Numbered from the whole stretch's first letter, positions 50,575 through 62,798 are shown. The stretch is DNA of 63,259 nt, filler included, from Bigelowiella natans CCMP2755 (GCA_000320545.1; 12 parts of 12 records of this genome joined end to end with filler, not necessarily neighbours in it), one strand, 5' to 3'. The notes: generated by a model not told the origin, from the letters alone. Numbers and translations: made by a program.

Positions 50575-52343
50575 CCTGCACAGCAGCTGAGGCCAAGTAC
50601 AGCCCTACAAAAGGAGAGTATAAAGCCATGACTGAGGCGCAGAGGAAACTAAGATACTACCTGCTGTCGGTGCCCAGCTTCACCTTAATGACTGACCACA
50701 AGCCCCTCCTAGGCATCGACCGCAAGCTCGAAGCGCCTAACGATGAGTATGCAGCTATGAGGGCGGACACGGAAGAGTTTAGGGACAAGAGGACAGTGGT
50801 CTACGCACCAGGAGACAAGCAGCTTGCTGACTATTTCAGCAGGCTGTTCGAAAAGAAAGTCCCTACCCAGGTCACCCCTATGGTTAACGCGATTACCTTC
50901 GAGGACGGCGACTTCCTGCCTGAGCCAGAGGAGCTCCAGCACCTTCAAGAACACCTGGATAAATACAAACACAAGCATGAGGTACTTAGTGATAGGATAT
51001 ATGTATACACTAATAATGTTAGGCGTACCTACGTGCCACGGCGGACCAGGGGAGCCCTTCTCTTTACCGCCCATGGACCTGCACACGTAGGAGAAAACCA
51101 TATCACTGCTCTACTCTACCATTACTACTGGCCCTACAAGCTAAAAGAGATAAGGACATACCTGCGTGGCTGCAGGTGCTCCAGCTTGAAGGCGGCAGGC
51201 GTCGCCACCAAGGAGTCCAGCAAGAGCCGTGCATCTAAGAAAATCAAAGCAAGGAACTTCTTAGATATCGTGCAAATTGATGTTTATAAGTACGATGGCT
51301 ATCACTACCTTACCTTCGTTGATGTGGCCACTGGAAAGTGCTGGGTTAAAAAGATTATCAAGGTCAACGTTGCTAAGAAGAACAAAGGCTTATATAAGCA
51401 GAGGCTTACTAACTGCTACCGTACCTGGGAGTCTGAGCTCCAGGCTATCCCTGATGAAGTTAGCATAAACAAGATACCAAAGAAGTTACATGTGGATAAT
51501 GAGACCTCTCTTCTACAGCTACCACACCCTAATATTGATGCCTCACCTGTATACTATGCCCAGTCCAACTCCAAGGTAGAGCGACTCCACCGCACCTTGG
51601 CCAACCTAAGCAGGATAAATAGCACCACACCAGACAAGATACAAGGGTTAGTAAACGACACCTTCACGTCTGGGGGAGGTATCAAGGATAAGGAGAGGGA
51701 AGAAGGCGACGACAACGACGACGATACCGAGAGCGAAGACGAGAAGGTCCCGTACGATGGCCGAGTTCTAAAGGAAGGACAGTATGTTAGGGCCAAGGTA
51801 AATCTGAGATCGAGAAATAAACAAGACCCCTTCTGGGGTGGCGTTGCAAAGGTTACCGAGAGGAAGGGGAGGAAGCAGTACTACATCTATGATGGGAACA
51901 GGGTCACCTTGCGCCACATCAGTCACCTAAAGAATTATGATATCGGTGAGAAGCTCCTAGAGGATGTTAAAGTAAACCCTACTGTGTGGGAGCGAGCAAT
52001 GCCTTGTTTAGGACCCCGACCTAAGTTCGATGTGGAATATGGAAACAATAAGGTCAGGGTGAACGACGATTGGCGCATGAAGATTGTCTATCTAGGCTAC
52101 CCTGGATTACGAAATATGGAGAGGGTAGCTATGAAAATAAAGGACGGAAAATATCAGCTACTCTACCTAGCTGTTCCCGACTTACCCTTTGAGCACTGGT
52201 ATAAGGTCCTGGGGGACCTTGATGCAGAGGGCTGGTATGGACACGAACCTAAGGACGAAGGTGAGTTCTGGGTAAGCGACAAAGGAGATAAGGTTAGAGA
52301 GGAATCTATTACCTGGTGGTTGGTGAAGTTCCGAAAGCGATGA
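50575..52343 (+). CDS. pol: pol polyprotein (partial): RNase H, integrase, MTase-fold-like tail
   Basis: ORF 50628-52343, open to the contig edge, with the same motifs as copy 1. Confidence 0.93.
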
Positions 52344-52386
52344 AGGTCTAAGGGAATAAGGAAGGAAGGAAGGAGCAACGTGACTT

Positions 52387-52394
52387 GGGGGAGG
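52387..52394 (+). promoter_or_regulatory. Polypurine tract (plus-strand primer site)
   Basis: GGGGGAGG abuts the TG of the LTR; a longer purine run (agggaataaggaaggaaggaaggag) lies just upstream. Confidence 0.8.
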
Positions 52395-52720
52395 TGTAGC
52401 GCGTACCACTACGCGGGCACAAGTCACGTGCGACAACAAAGGGGTTGTCGCGGATATAGAATATAGATAACGTAGATATTAATACAGCATAGGCACGTGG
52501 GTTCCGGCGGGACTCATGGCAGCACACCGGAAGTGTGCTGCCCCACGTGCGGCGGCATTCGCGAAAGCTTCGCGAATGATTACGCAGTGCACGATTTAAT
52601 AAAAATATAATCTTTAATAAAAATAAACACAACTCTTCAAAAGGAAGCAAACGTGCCTTTCCCCCCCCCTGCCTACTTGTGCACGTAGCGCCTCGGCCTG
52701 TGAACACCTTACGCGCAACA
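52395..52720 (+). repeat. 3' LTR of copy 2 (326 bp)
   Basis: Begins TGTAGCGCGTA directly after the purine tract GGGGGAGG and ends TACGCGCAACA (11-bp terminal inverted repeat, 1 mismatch). Contains an AT-rich TATA-like stretch and AATAAA motifs at ~52598-52627. Confidence 0.92.
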
Positions 52721-53069
52721 CGCCATCCGCTAGCACTTGACTAGTTGAGCACAGAGCATGCGCTGTGATGCACATTTTTCCGGTCGATGCGATGCAACGT
52801 GTGCACATGCTTTAGCAGCTCTAGAGCTGCCAGTGGTGTTAGCTGCTGTTGATTGTTGTTCCGGCCACGCTCCAGACGCTCGAACGAATGAACAAACAGT
52901 CATTGAAACTTGACATGTCTAGATGTTCACAAATGTTTAGCAATCACAAACGACAATCAATGTTATATTTACGCTAATGACAACCAACAATGACATTTGT
53001 TTCTCACTGACTACATCTTGGGTTCGTTTCCATCTTTCCGACGCCGGGTCATGGAACGATCGCCGTAGC

Positions 53070-53880
53070 GTCGACTTGAGAGCTCCACGGATGATTACTT
53101 CAGATTATGGAAGGTAGATAATTTAGTTGAAAGTAAAAAAAGAAGGCGCAATGGAGATAGCGTCAATAACAAAGGCCTCATTTCACCACATTCATGCCGC
53201 TGTACGTCGTTAAATAATTATTAGATCTACTAGTCTACATGTGTTCTGTCGTAATGAAGGGGCAGAGGAGGTTGTCGTCCTATTCTTTTTCGCTTGTATT
53301 CGTAGGGACGACAATGGCACTTTACCAGTACTTTAACACACCACTCAACTTCGGACGTTGGAACACCCCCTCCATCCCCATCCCATCTTTATTGCTACCA
53401 TCTAGAAAGGAGGATCTACAACTGCAATTACGTGCCGAAAAGAAACGACTGAAGAAGAGATACAAAACTAAGCGTAAGTTTGCACACTATGTTACAAACG
53501 TAACTATTGGAAAATTGGGAGCACGCTCTGGTTTGTGCTGATTTGTTGGAAACGAAAGAAAGTGTAATGATGATGATTATTGATGACGATGTTGGAAAAC
53601 AAAATCACAAACGAAATTCTTGTTGCCGTTCTAGAGGTGTTGGCAGATTTGTTTATATCACGTGCGTTTTCTTTGTGTTCTGAAGATACGAGAATGTGCT
53701 GGGTCTCGCCGAAGATAAGCAGGGAAAAATTCGTGGATGCTGTCCTGGTAGCAGTCTTCTTGTCTGTTCTACACAGCTAGTGATCCAAACTAACTGACTT
53801 GTCTTACATCTTAGGTTATGACAATGGTTGCGATGTATTACCACATTTATCTCGCTGCAATATCACAAAAATACATATGA
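53070..53880 (+). CDS. Unidentified spliced gene or gene remnant; 5' end not found
   Basis: Putative exons RRLESSTDDYFRLWK, GTTMALYQYFNTP...KKRYKTK, VLADLFISRAFSLCSEDTRMCW...DAVL and VMTMVAMYY...QKYI*, bounded by GT/AG. Confidence 0.4.
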
Positions 53881-54575
53881 CAACGAATGAAACTGACATT
53901 ATTAATTAAAAAATATGAGCAAAAATCCATTAGAATTTAGGAGCAGAATTACATTAAGTACCCAGAGCGCATGTTGATGCATGTGGAAGCTGTATGTTGA
54001 ACGATGATGATACGTGATTATGAGCATGCATGACGATCACGTGCATGATGCAGACTGGCAGCAGTCAACTGCATGCACGACTACTATGATACACAACTGA
54101 TACATTATAACATCTAGGCATGATGACACACACTAGCACAGTCTAGACGACAGAATTTGTGAATGTAGTATGTCTTGTGAACTGCAAGCTAGAGTAGAGC
54201 TAGAGAGATGCATGAGCTTCGTTGACATCGTCGAGGTCCTCCTCGTTTGAATCATTATTCTAGCGTTATATCAGTCTATTGTGTGGCATGTGTATAAATC
54301 TAGAAAGTCAGGGAGCTGTGAATCATGTGCGTGGCATGTACATATAGCACGCTCTAGCGCTAGCATGGAAGCTTAACATGGCATGTTTGAGTAACACGTC
54401 TAGACATTTGTGGCTTCTGCACCAGCGCTAGCTCACAGCTCACAGCAGGTAGATCACCGTAGCCATTGGCCAATAGCATCATTCATCATGCAGAAACAAT
54501 ACTAGCTTTGCGTACAAAATAATCAGATGACAATATGCCTATTATCTCGAAACGTTACGAACAACAACTCATTTC

Positions 54576-56628
54576 TCATTTAGATTCCAACAACTCGATG
54601 TCCACGAAAAACACCTGCAAAAAAAATTGCACTTCAGTTGCTTTGCACTCAACCACAAGGAATATCACATTCTTGATGATTAGAACATAAACCATGATTG
54701 AAGAAGGCTACAGGGAAATTCATTTAATTTTCTTCAATCCACATTCTACGTACGTACTACCTCATCAGCAGGTATTTCGTTTTTTCCTTCAGCATACCCT
54801 AAATCAGCAGGAACCTATTATTGGGAAGAGGATATCTCCTTAAACTAGTGCCGACTGTGATAGATTATCCAAGGATTTATGCGCGATCGACTTTTGTTGT
54901 ATGAGCAATAAGAATTGATTTTGGTAGAGATAATACAAATTAGTACCAACATACAGCAGCAATCAAATACATTTGCAGAAACTACAATTAGTAGGGAAGA
55001 AATAGGAAGTCATTGAGAGAGAAGTGGATGCCACCTCTATTCTTCGCAGCCCTCCCTTTTTCATTCCTTTCAAGACTTCTGGAACAAATATTACCTGTTG
55101 TTGTAGTAAAAAAACGGTTAAAAGTAATTCAAAATTCCATAGGTGTTTGAGAGAGGGAAACAGCATAGAAGGTGATCGATATTGTTCTTCGGTTTGATCG
55201 TTATCTCCATTGCCCCACACACATTTCGTATATGTAATTTCGCCCTCCTCCTCCTCCTCCTCCTCCTCCTCCTCCTCCTGCATCTTCCCCTTAATTGCTA
55301 GCGCACCGGAGCAAGCAATAGGATTGTTCCTTCCCAAAATATTATATATTTTCATCGCCCCCATGAATGTTCTCTCTCTTTTTGAGGGAAATGCTGCTAC
55401 AGACACTAACAAACAAATTTATAAATAAATGATACTTCTGGGGGTGGTGCCAAGTCCTCGCCGCTATAGAGACCTCCTGCCTTTTCTGGTCCTTTCTTCA
55501 CACTCTGCCATAATTATCATTGCTAAAGACGTCCATCCATCCATCCATCAACAATTGAACAATATAACAACTAACTAACACAGAAACGAAGCTGTATACA
55601 TTATTGCGATGATAATGCAGAGGAAACGGTAGAAAGTAGTATGATCAATTTGTATTGGGAGGGAATGTTCAGACCACCGTCGACTTATTAATTTTTGCAA
55701 TAGTGTGATGAATCATACCGTATTATAACACGTAAACGTTTTTTTTAATACCTTTGTTATGAGTTTTCGGTAAGGCCTCTTTGGAATTTTGATCTCCTTA
55801 TATTGCGGCAGTTGTAGTGGTAATTAAATAACACTGACTCACTTGATGAACGATTAATAAAACTAATAACAATTGTTTTGATGAGGGGGGTGGTGATAGA
55901 TAATTCTTTTGGAGATTATCGTGACAAAATGTTTCCTAGACTTGATTATTTACAAATATCTCTCTTTTAGATGTACACAAAAGGCATGGAGCTCAGGGAA
56001 AGAGAAGCCAGATATACAACTAAAATATATCACCTCTTGGCCACGTTCATATCTTCCAACATTTCTCTCTGTAGTATGAGTATATGCTATTATTTGAGTA
56101 ATCGTTCCTATTCTACAGATATCCACCTCAAGTACATTGTAACTGCTTCTATTTTCGATTGAAGTACTAATGCTAAGATAGCTTCTATTGAATTAGTGAA
56201 CATAGTAGTAGTAGTAGTAGTAGTAGTAGTATTCTATTTGATTGTAAAGTAATATACTGTTAGAAGTTTGTGAATATGCTTTTAACAGAAACTATCTGCT
56301 GTTGTTTTTCGTTGCTCGTGGTAATATTCTACCAACTATAATCGTGACATCCCCACTCTCCCCTTCGAGCATCTTTAGTAATAGAACAAAGAAGAAGAAG
56401 AAAAAGAAAAAGAAAACAATGACGATCAATAGCACAACTCAGTACTAAATTCGCATTGACTATGACAACTAGATTAAAATCAGTTCTACTGGTTAAAGAC
56501 GGTGATGATAAATCTTCCTCGTTGCTAATGCTGATTTGTGCCATAGCGTGAGAAATTATGTACATAACACCTTGTTCACTTCTTGCTTGCTTAAACCATC
56601 CACGGATTTGCCATCAATCAGTAAAATC
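54576..56628 (-). CDS. FKBP-type peptidyl-prolyl isomerase domain protein with upstream PDZ-like segment (5' truncated)
   Basis: 3' exons VPEVLKGMKKGGLRRIE|VPADLGYAEGKNEIPAD|VFFVDIELLESK* match the FKBP C-terminal signature. 5' exons ILLIDGKSVDGLSKQEVNK|MLEGESGDVTIIV match the C-terminal half of a PDZ domain. Confidence 0.7.
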
Positions 56629-56712
56629 TGGTATTACATTGGAAGCGTATAAAGTTTGCTAATTTTTTGCAGTAGTTATGGTATTCATGACACACACACA
56701 CACACACACACA

Positions 56713-56750
<38 letters not shown>

Positions 56751-56977
56751 TTTCTAGAGGAGTGGAAGAGCTCTATCNNNNNNNNNNNNNNNNNNNNNNN
56801 NNNNNNNNNNNNNNNNNNNNNTTAATTAATTAANNNNNNNNNNNNNNNNNNNNNNNNNNNNNNNNNNNNNNNNNNNNATATATATTCTACGAGAATAGAG
56901 CTTGCCCACATGATCGCACCTACCAACAAACCAAATCAACTAAAATCAGCTCGGGGGCATCATGGGGGGGGGGCTAG

Positions 56978-57060
56978 GCGATGCAGATGTGGACGTGGAA
57001 TTGCTCGAGCTACCCACTGAATCTAGAGAGTACAAGGCCGTTGTGGACTTATTCACGCAG

Positions 57061-57099
<39 letters not shown>

Positions 57100-57594
57100 C
57101 GCGCGCGCGCGCGCACGTGTACTTGTGTTTTTTTTTTGTCTAAGTACTACTACTGCTACTACTACTTCTACTCTTACGCTACATTTATCCCCCCACCCCC
57201 AATCGCGAAATGACCGAATGGGTGAGTGCACGGTTAGCAAACAACTGGCATAATGGATAAAAGTGTTTGCAATACTGCGCCCCACGCAATATATACGACC
57301 TACCCCGCAGCAAACGGGGCGAGCCTCTTACTACACGATAGCGAAGATCGAAGCGGTCAAGTCCCCCATCCGCCTGGGGTCGTACATGTTCAAACGCGAG
57401 CAGTTCGCCAACGATCTGGGTTCTCTTTCTTGCTGCTTGTTTGCTAGCAGTTTGGCCCCCCCCCACACCCTGATCTCAATATTATAAAAATATAATATAA
57501 ATATAATTTATATTTATATATATATAATATTTATGTATATCACTCCTGTCATCGTGATAGGTGAGTTTCTAAACGAACGATGGCTATGGCACGG
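56978..57594 (+). CDS. PARP/ADP-ribosyltransferase catalytic-domain fragment
   Basis: Exons ELLELPTESREYKAVVDLFTQ, YTIAKIEAVKSPIRLGSYMFKREQF and FLNERWLWHG form the typical start of a PARP catalytic domain (S.EY..V...F; I.KI..I; NE..L.HG). Confidence 0.8.
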
Positions 57595-57694
57595 GTAAGT
57601 AAGGAGACGTTATGCCTTATATCAAACACCCTCGCTCCAACGATGACAACGACCGCGCGCGCGCAGCGAATGCAATCTTACGCGAAAAACAGTG

Positions 57695-57734
<40 letters not shown>

Positions 57735-59458
57735 AACAATAACGCTTTTTGCTGGATATCTCCACGTTCTTTCAACCTTTCTTACACGTTTTTTTGTGAT
57801 TTTCAAGCGAGGAGTCATCAGCTATACTGCTGAAATTGCCACGCGCTACACACATCCAGCCCCCTCACCCCCCCCCCCCCGCTTCCTTCTCTGACGATAA
57901 AATATCACCTCTTGTGCTCCTAAAANNNNNNNNNNNNNNNNNNNNNNNNNNNNNNNNNNNNNNNNNNNNTTAATTAATTAANNNNNNNNNNNNNNNNNNN
58001 NNNNNNNNNNNNNNNNNNNNNNNNNATTTACTACCAGAGCCAAAAAGGGGGGGGGGGGGGGAGGCAGAGAGAGAGAGAGAGAGAGAGCACATGGATACAT
58101 GCCATTGCCCTTCTCGAAATTCCTTCTTTAGATTCTCCTACTTGTGTCTCGCTTCCTCCTCTCCATTGGCTGGCGGCATCGTCATCACCCCCCCCCCCGC
58201 TTTGATCTCTTCAACCCGTTCAGACGAGATCATCACCCCCGATGAAGGAGGAGGAGAAGAAAAAGAAGAAGAAGAAGAAGCAGCCATGTGAGGAGCAGCC
58301 GTCCTTGTCCTTGTCGTCCTCGTCGTCCTCGTCCTTGTCATCCCGAACGTCCTTTGTCGTCCCACCAAGGAGCTGACGATGATGATGATGATGATGATGA
58401 TGATAGCAGGAAGGGGGGGATAGCAAATAAAAAATAAAACTTGGAATTGGATTCTCTATTCTCTCTCTCTCCTCTTCTTCCTCTCCTCTCCCCCCTCCCT
58501 CCCCTCCCCTTTCTCCCCCCCCCCCTCCCGCATCGCATACCTAACGCGCCGTCACAAATGATGCACAGTCCGGGGCTTGTCGCGCGAGACGGAACTCCTA
58601 CAGCAGCAGCTTCTGCAGAATGGGGTTAACTGGGGGAAACTCTACAAGCGAGGGAGGAAGAGATCACGTCCTACAAGGTGGTGGTGGTGGTGGAAGTAGT
58701 AGTAGTAGTAGTAGTACTACTACTAGTAGTAGCATCAGGATGGGGGGGGGGGACTAGAATGCATGTGCACAATGTCATGTATACATATACATATTCTTCA
58801 TCCCCTCCTCCCTCCTTGCCCATCCTGCAGATGGCTACCAGAGGACTACGTCGCAGAGCGCAACAAACAGTACACTTCCCCCCTTCACCCCCCCCCCCCC
58901 CCCGCCCCCGCACGCCCGCTACGAAAAAACCACCATACCACGTCCTGGCCCCCCCCCCCTAAACATTAAAAAAAGGGCATAATCTCTGGGATTGGGCGCC
59001 TATACCGCTCCCGGATTTCACCGGAGAATCTTTTGGGCGGGTTGGGGGGAAAATGAAGGAGCGGGGCTTCCAGGGCAAAACTAAGGTCTTGTGCTGTTTT
59101 AACAGCCCAATCCCGCGTTGCGCCCTTCTCGCCATCATCCCCCTCCTCCTCAACTAGCGGGAAACAATACCCTTTTAACCAGGATCAAGAAACGGCCGCG
59201 TTGTCCCGAGGGGCTTCTTGTAAAGGTGGAGAAGAATTGAAATAACCCTAGCAACCGTTCTAATAGTGGTAGTAACATAACTGTGATCCCNNNNNNNNNN
59301 NNNNNNNNNNNNNNNNNNNNNNNNNNNNNNNNNNTTAATTAATTAANNNNNNNNNNNNNNNNNNNNNNNNNNNNNNNNNNNNNNNNNNNNTCCCCTCCGT
59401 CTCTCGCTCTCATCTGCTTTCTGATTGAACACGTTTCCTCCTACTTTGTACCATGCAG

Positions 59459-59790
59459 GTACATCAGCGACCGTGATGCAGCATGGGCTTGTAACATCTC
59501 CTCCTCGGCCCTGAGATCAAAAGCGATTGGTATTGCCATCATGGTGATGATGATGACGATATTGATGGCGATAATGGGGAGGCAGTGTTGCGTCGTGTGG
59601 TGAACATAACAGACCCCCCCGCCTCTCTCCCGCCCCCCTCCCCTTCATCCCTCGCTCTTTCTCTCTCCTTCTTCTGTTTCTCCTTCTTTATCTTTCCTTC
59701 TCCCTGCGCTCGACCATTTGTAGGAGGCGATGCGGTGTTATTCTATAGCCAGCTTCCTGATGGGGAACTAGACCATGAGAGCCTTCACGG

Positions 59791-59825
<35 letters not shown>

Positions 59826-59977
59826 TGTAGTCATCATGATGATGATGACGATGACGACGATGATGATGAGGTACATCTTTCCACGAAATCTAGCTAGATC
59901 ACGGAAGACATCGACGAGTTTTAGCGACGCGACATATAACGCAGATATTTATTTTATTTGAGTATATTTGACCACAA

Positions 59978-60017
<40 letters not shown>

Positions 60018-60371
60018 AAATGGTAATCTCGCACCATCACCACCATCCATCATCATCATCATCATCATTAGCGCCACCATCATCGTCATCATCGCCATCA
60101 CAACACCATCAGAGGCTGTCCTGTGCTCTCTGGTGATAAATGGGCCGCAAACCTGTGGGTCTGGAACAGGCCGAGAGACGGGTACTGCACACTCATGAGC
60201 ACATCATCCTAAGACTAGTACTACTACCACGACTGCTGCTGCTGCTACTACTTACACTAATCAGCAAACACTTGTGGGAGGTATGGTTTGAGGCGAGCGG
60301 CAGCAGTTTTCAATTTGACTTATGTTTTTCCCCAAGTAACAACAAAAGGGTGATGATGATGAGGTGATGAC

Positions 60372-60402
<31 letters not shown>

Positions 60403-60495
60403 CACATATGGTACAGATCCTTCCGACCGAAGAAGAGGCCGAACAATCAGCAGCAGCAATCACCAAAGCAGCAGGTGAGCCATAGTAACAGCTAG
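59459..60495 (+). CDS. Prolyl 4-hydroxylase-type 2OG-Fe(II) dioxygenase, C-terminal exons
   Basis: GDAVLFYSQLPDGELDHESLHG|GCPVLSGDKWAANLWVWNRP matches the P4H motif GDA.LF...PDG..D..SLHGGCPV..G.KW. Confidence 0.88.
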
Positions 60496-60627
60496 ATGAT
60501 GTGTAAGCGGTGGTAGTGTGCGGAATTGTGTGTGTGTGTGTGTGTAAGTGAGTGAGTGTGTGTGTGCAAACGCCTGCATTAATATTGTGTGTAGTATATA
60601 TATATATATATATATACGTGTGTTCTT

Positions 60628-60664
<37 letters not shown>

Positions 60665-61309
60665 GCGAGAGAGAATGAAAGAGGGGGGGGGCGTAGAGGG
60701 GTATAAAAGCAGAAAACAAAAAATGCAAAAACAATCGTTGATGATGCTTGTTGAATCCGCATTTTGAACAGAAACCCGACGGGCAGATATTTTTCCAAGT
60801 ACAGAACAATGCCGGTGCGTCCGTATTCGATTTATAGGAAAAAAGGGGGAGGGGGGGGGGGGGGGGGGGGGGAAAAAAAAAATCCTAATACCCGAACCAA
60901 AAAAAAAAAAAAACCAAAGGGGGGGGGGAAAAAGAAAAAAAATTTCCATTTATTTTTTTCCCCCAACCCCCCCCCAAAGAAAAAAAAAAAAAAAAAGGAG
61001 AAAGGGGGGGGNNNNNNNNNNNNNNNNNNNNNNNNNNNNNNNNNNNNNNNNNNNNTTAATTAATTAANNNNNNNNNNNNNNNNNNNNNNNNNNNNNNNNN
61101 NNNNNNNNNNNCTGGGAGGGGGGGGGTTTACCATTCAGTCGATGTGTCAATTTTTCCTATAAATCACGCTCTTTTGATATCATTTTAGTTTTTCAAGGCC
61201 CCCCCCCTCCCCAAAACCCTAGCGCTTTAAAGATCGCTTGTGCGAGATGATTTCGCCATATCCCCTCCCCCCCCCCCTTCCCCAGAGCGCTTGCTCCTCG
61301 GTTTACTCA

Positions 61310-61504
61310 CCCACAAAAGTGGTGGTTTGCTTGTGGTCCGACATTCTGGGGAGGAGATCGTCTTTGATCTCATCGTTCAAGTTAGGGTCGAATTCGTCAA
61401 GGTCTGCCGCTTCATTGTCCTCCCACTCGTTCTCAAGTCCCTCTTGCATCGCTCTGGAGAAAAAAGAAAACAATTACGGATTTATGCATATAAAGCATTT
61501 CTAT

Positions 61505-61551
<47 letters not shown>

Positions 61552-61820
61552 GCGCAGCAAAGACATCGAGACATCGCTGCATGGTGAATGAGCGTTACTT
61601 ACTCGAGCTTGGTTTTGTTCATCATCATCAGATCCGCATCAACGTTCCTCAATGCGTCCTGGTGGTCAGGCCGTCCTGCATCTAGCACCTAGGAACAAAG
61701 CAGCCATCGGCATGATAGATAGTAGACTTGAACGCCCATGCAATGAAAGTAGAGACTGGTGTTATGTCGTCGTTGTTGAAGCCGCACGGAATTCATCATC
61801 GTGAGAAGCAGAAACGTGTG

Positions 61821-61871
<51 letters not shown>

Positions 61872-62583
61872 CTCAAAGTCCTTGGGATCGAGGATTCTTT
61901 CCAGTCGCGGACGATAACATACCAACAAAATCACATCAACACAAGCCACGATCAAGCGAATTCGCACATATAGCACTTGCGGCATGTTGTGCTGGCTACA
62001 CCCCTGGCTAGAAGAACTCCCCCTCAAATCAACCGCATTATTTATTTAGGCTACTCGAAATTGCCGTTTGCATCGGGGTGAGTGTGCCACAAGGACGTCG
62101 GCTCATGCTCAGAGTCATCCGTGTCCTCTAAATCGACCCTGCGTAGTGATATGCGACATCATCATGCCGATGCTACGAGCGCACACAGACGCGCCCCACA
62201 CATACACAGACAGACGAGAGAGAGGGAGAGAGATTTACAGGTGTATCTCTCGGTCTGATTTAGTAGGAAAAGTGGTAGCGGTAGTAGTTGTTGCGAGCAA
62301 GCAAGCATGCGACTTACGGATCTGAAATAAGTCCCGTTTTGCGCAACTCTTTGTGCTTCTCGTCGAGCAAATCCGATGCAGATTCCACGCTAAAGGTCCT
62401 CCTGTAGGGGTTCTCCGTGTCGGAGTCTTCGCTCATATGAAGAGGCTCCTCGTCGCTGAGAAGATCTGGAGGGATCTTTTGATGGGGAAGGAGACGACAG
62501 GTCGATGAAGATAAACCCCTCTCAATCAGCAAGGACCAAGGGATAAGCGAAAAGAGAGGACGGGAGACGAAGGGGGAGAGGGG

Positions 62584-62651
<68 letters not shown>

Positions 62652-62758
62652 GAGAAATAAAACAGCATGCGCGGCGCATATATCAGTCGCACAGGATATG
62701 ACAACTACTCGCTATATGTATCTTCATAATAGGGAAGCGACAACGCTTCATCATACAC

Positions 62759-62798
<40 letters not shown>

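Larger units (their letters stand above)
50575..52720 (+). mobile_element. Ty3/Gypsy LTR retrotransposon copy 2 (RNase H part, integrase, 3' LTR; truncated by contig start)
   Basis: The 571-aa translation is identical to the corresponding part of copy 1. The 3' flank differs (CGCCA... versus AAAAC...). Confidence 0.95.

Noticed and set aside
20889-52720. The two retroelement copies as a giant inverted repeat or as the two ends of one element
   Set aside because: They are on different contigs, both are 3' ends, and their flanks differ.
58026-59290. Gene call for this short contig
   Set aside because: Only short exon-like fragments on both strands, in low-quality homopolymer-rich sequence; no supportable product.
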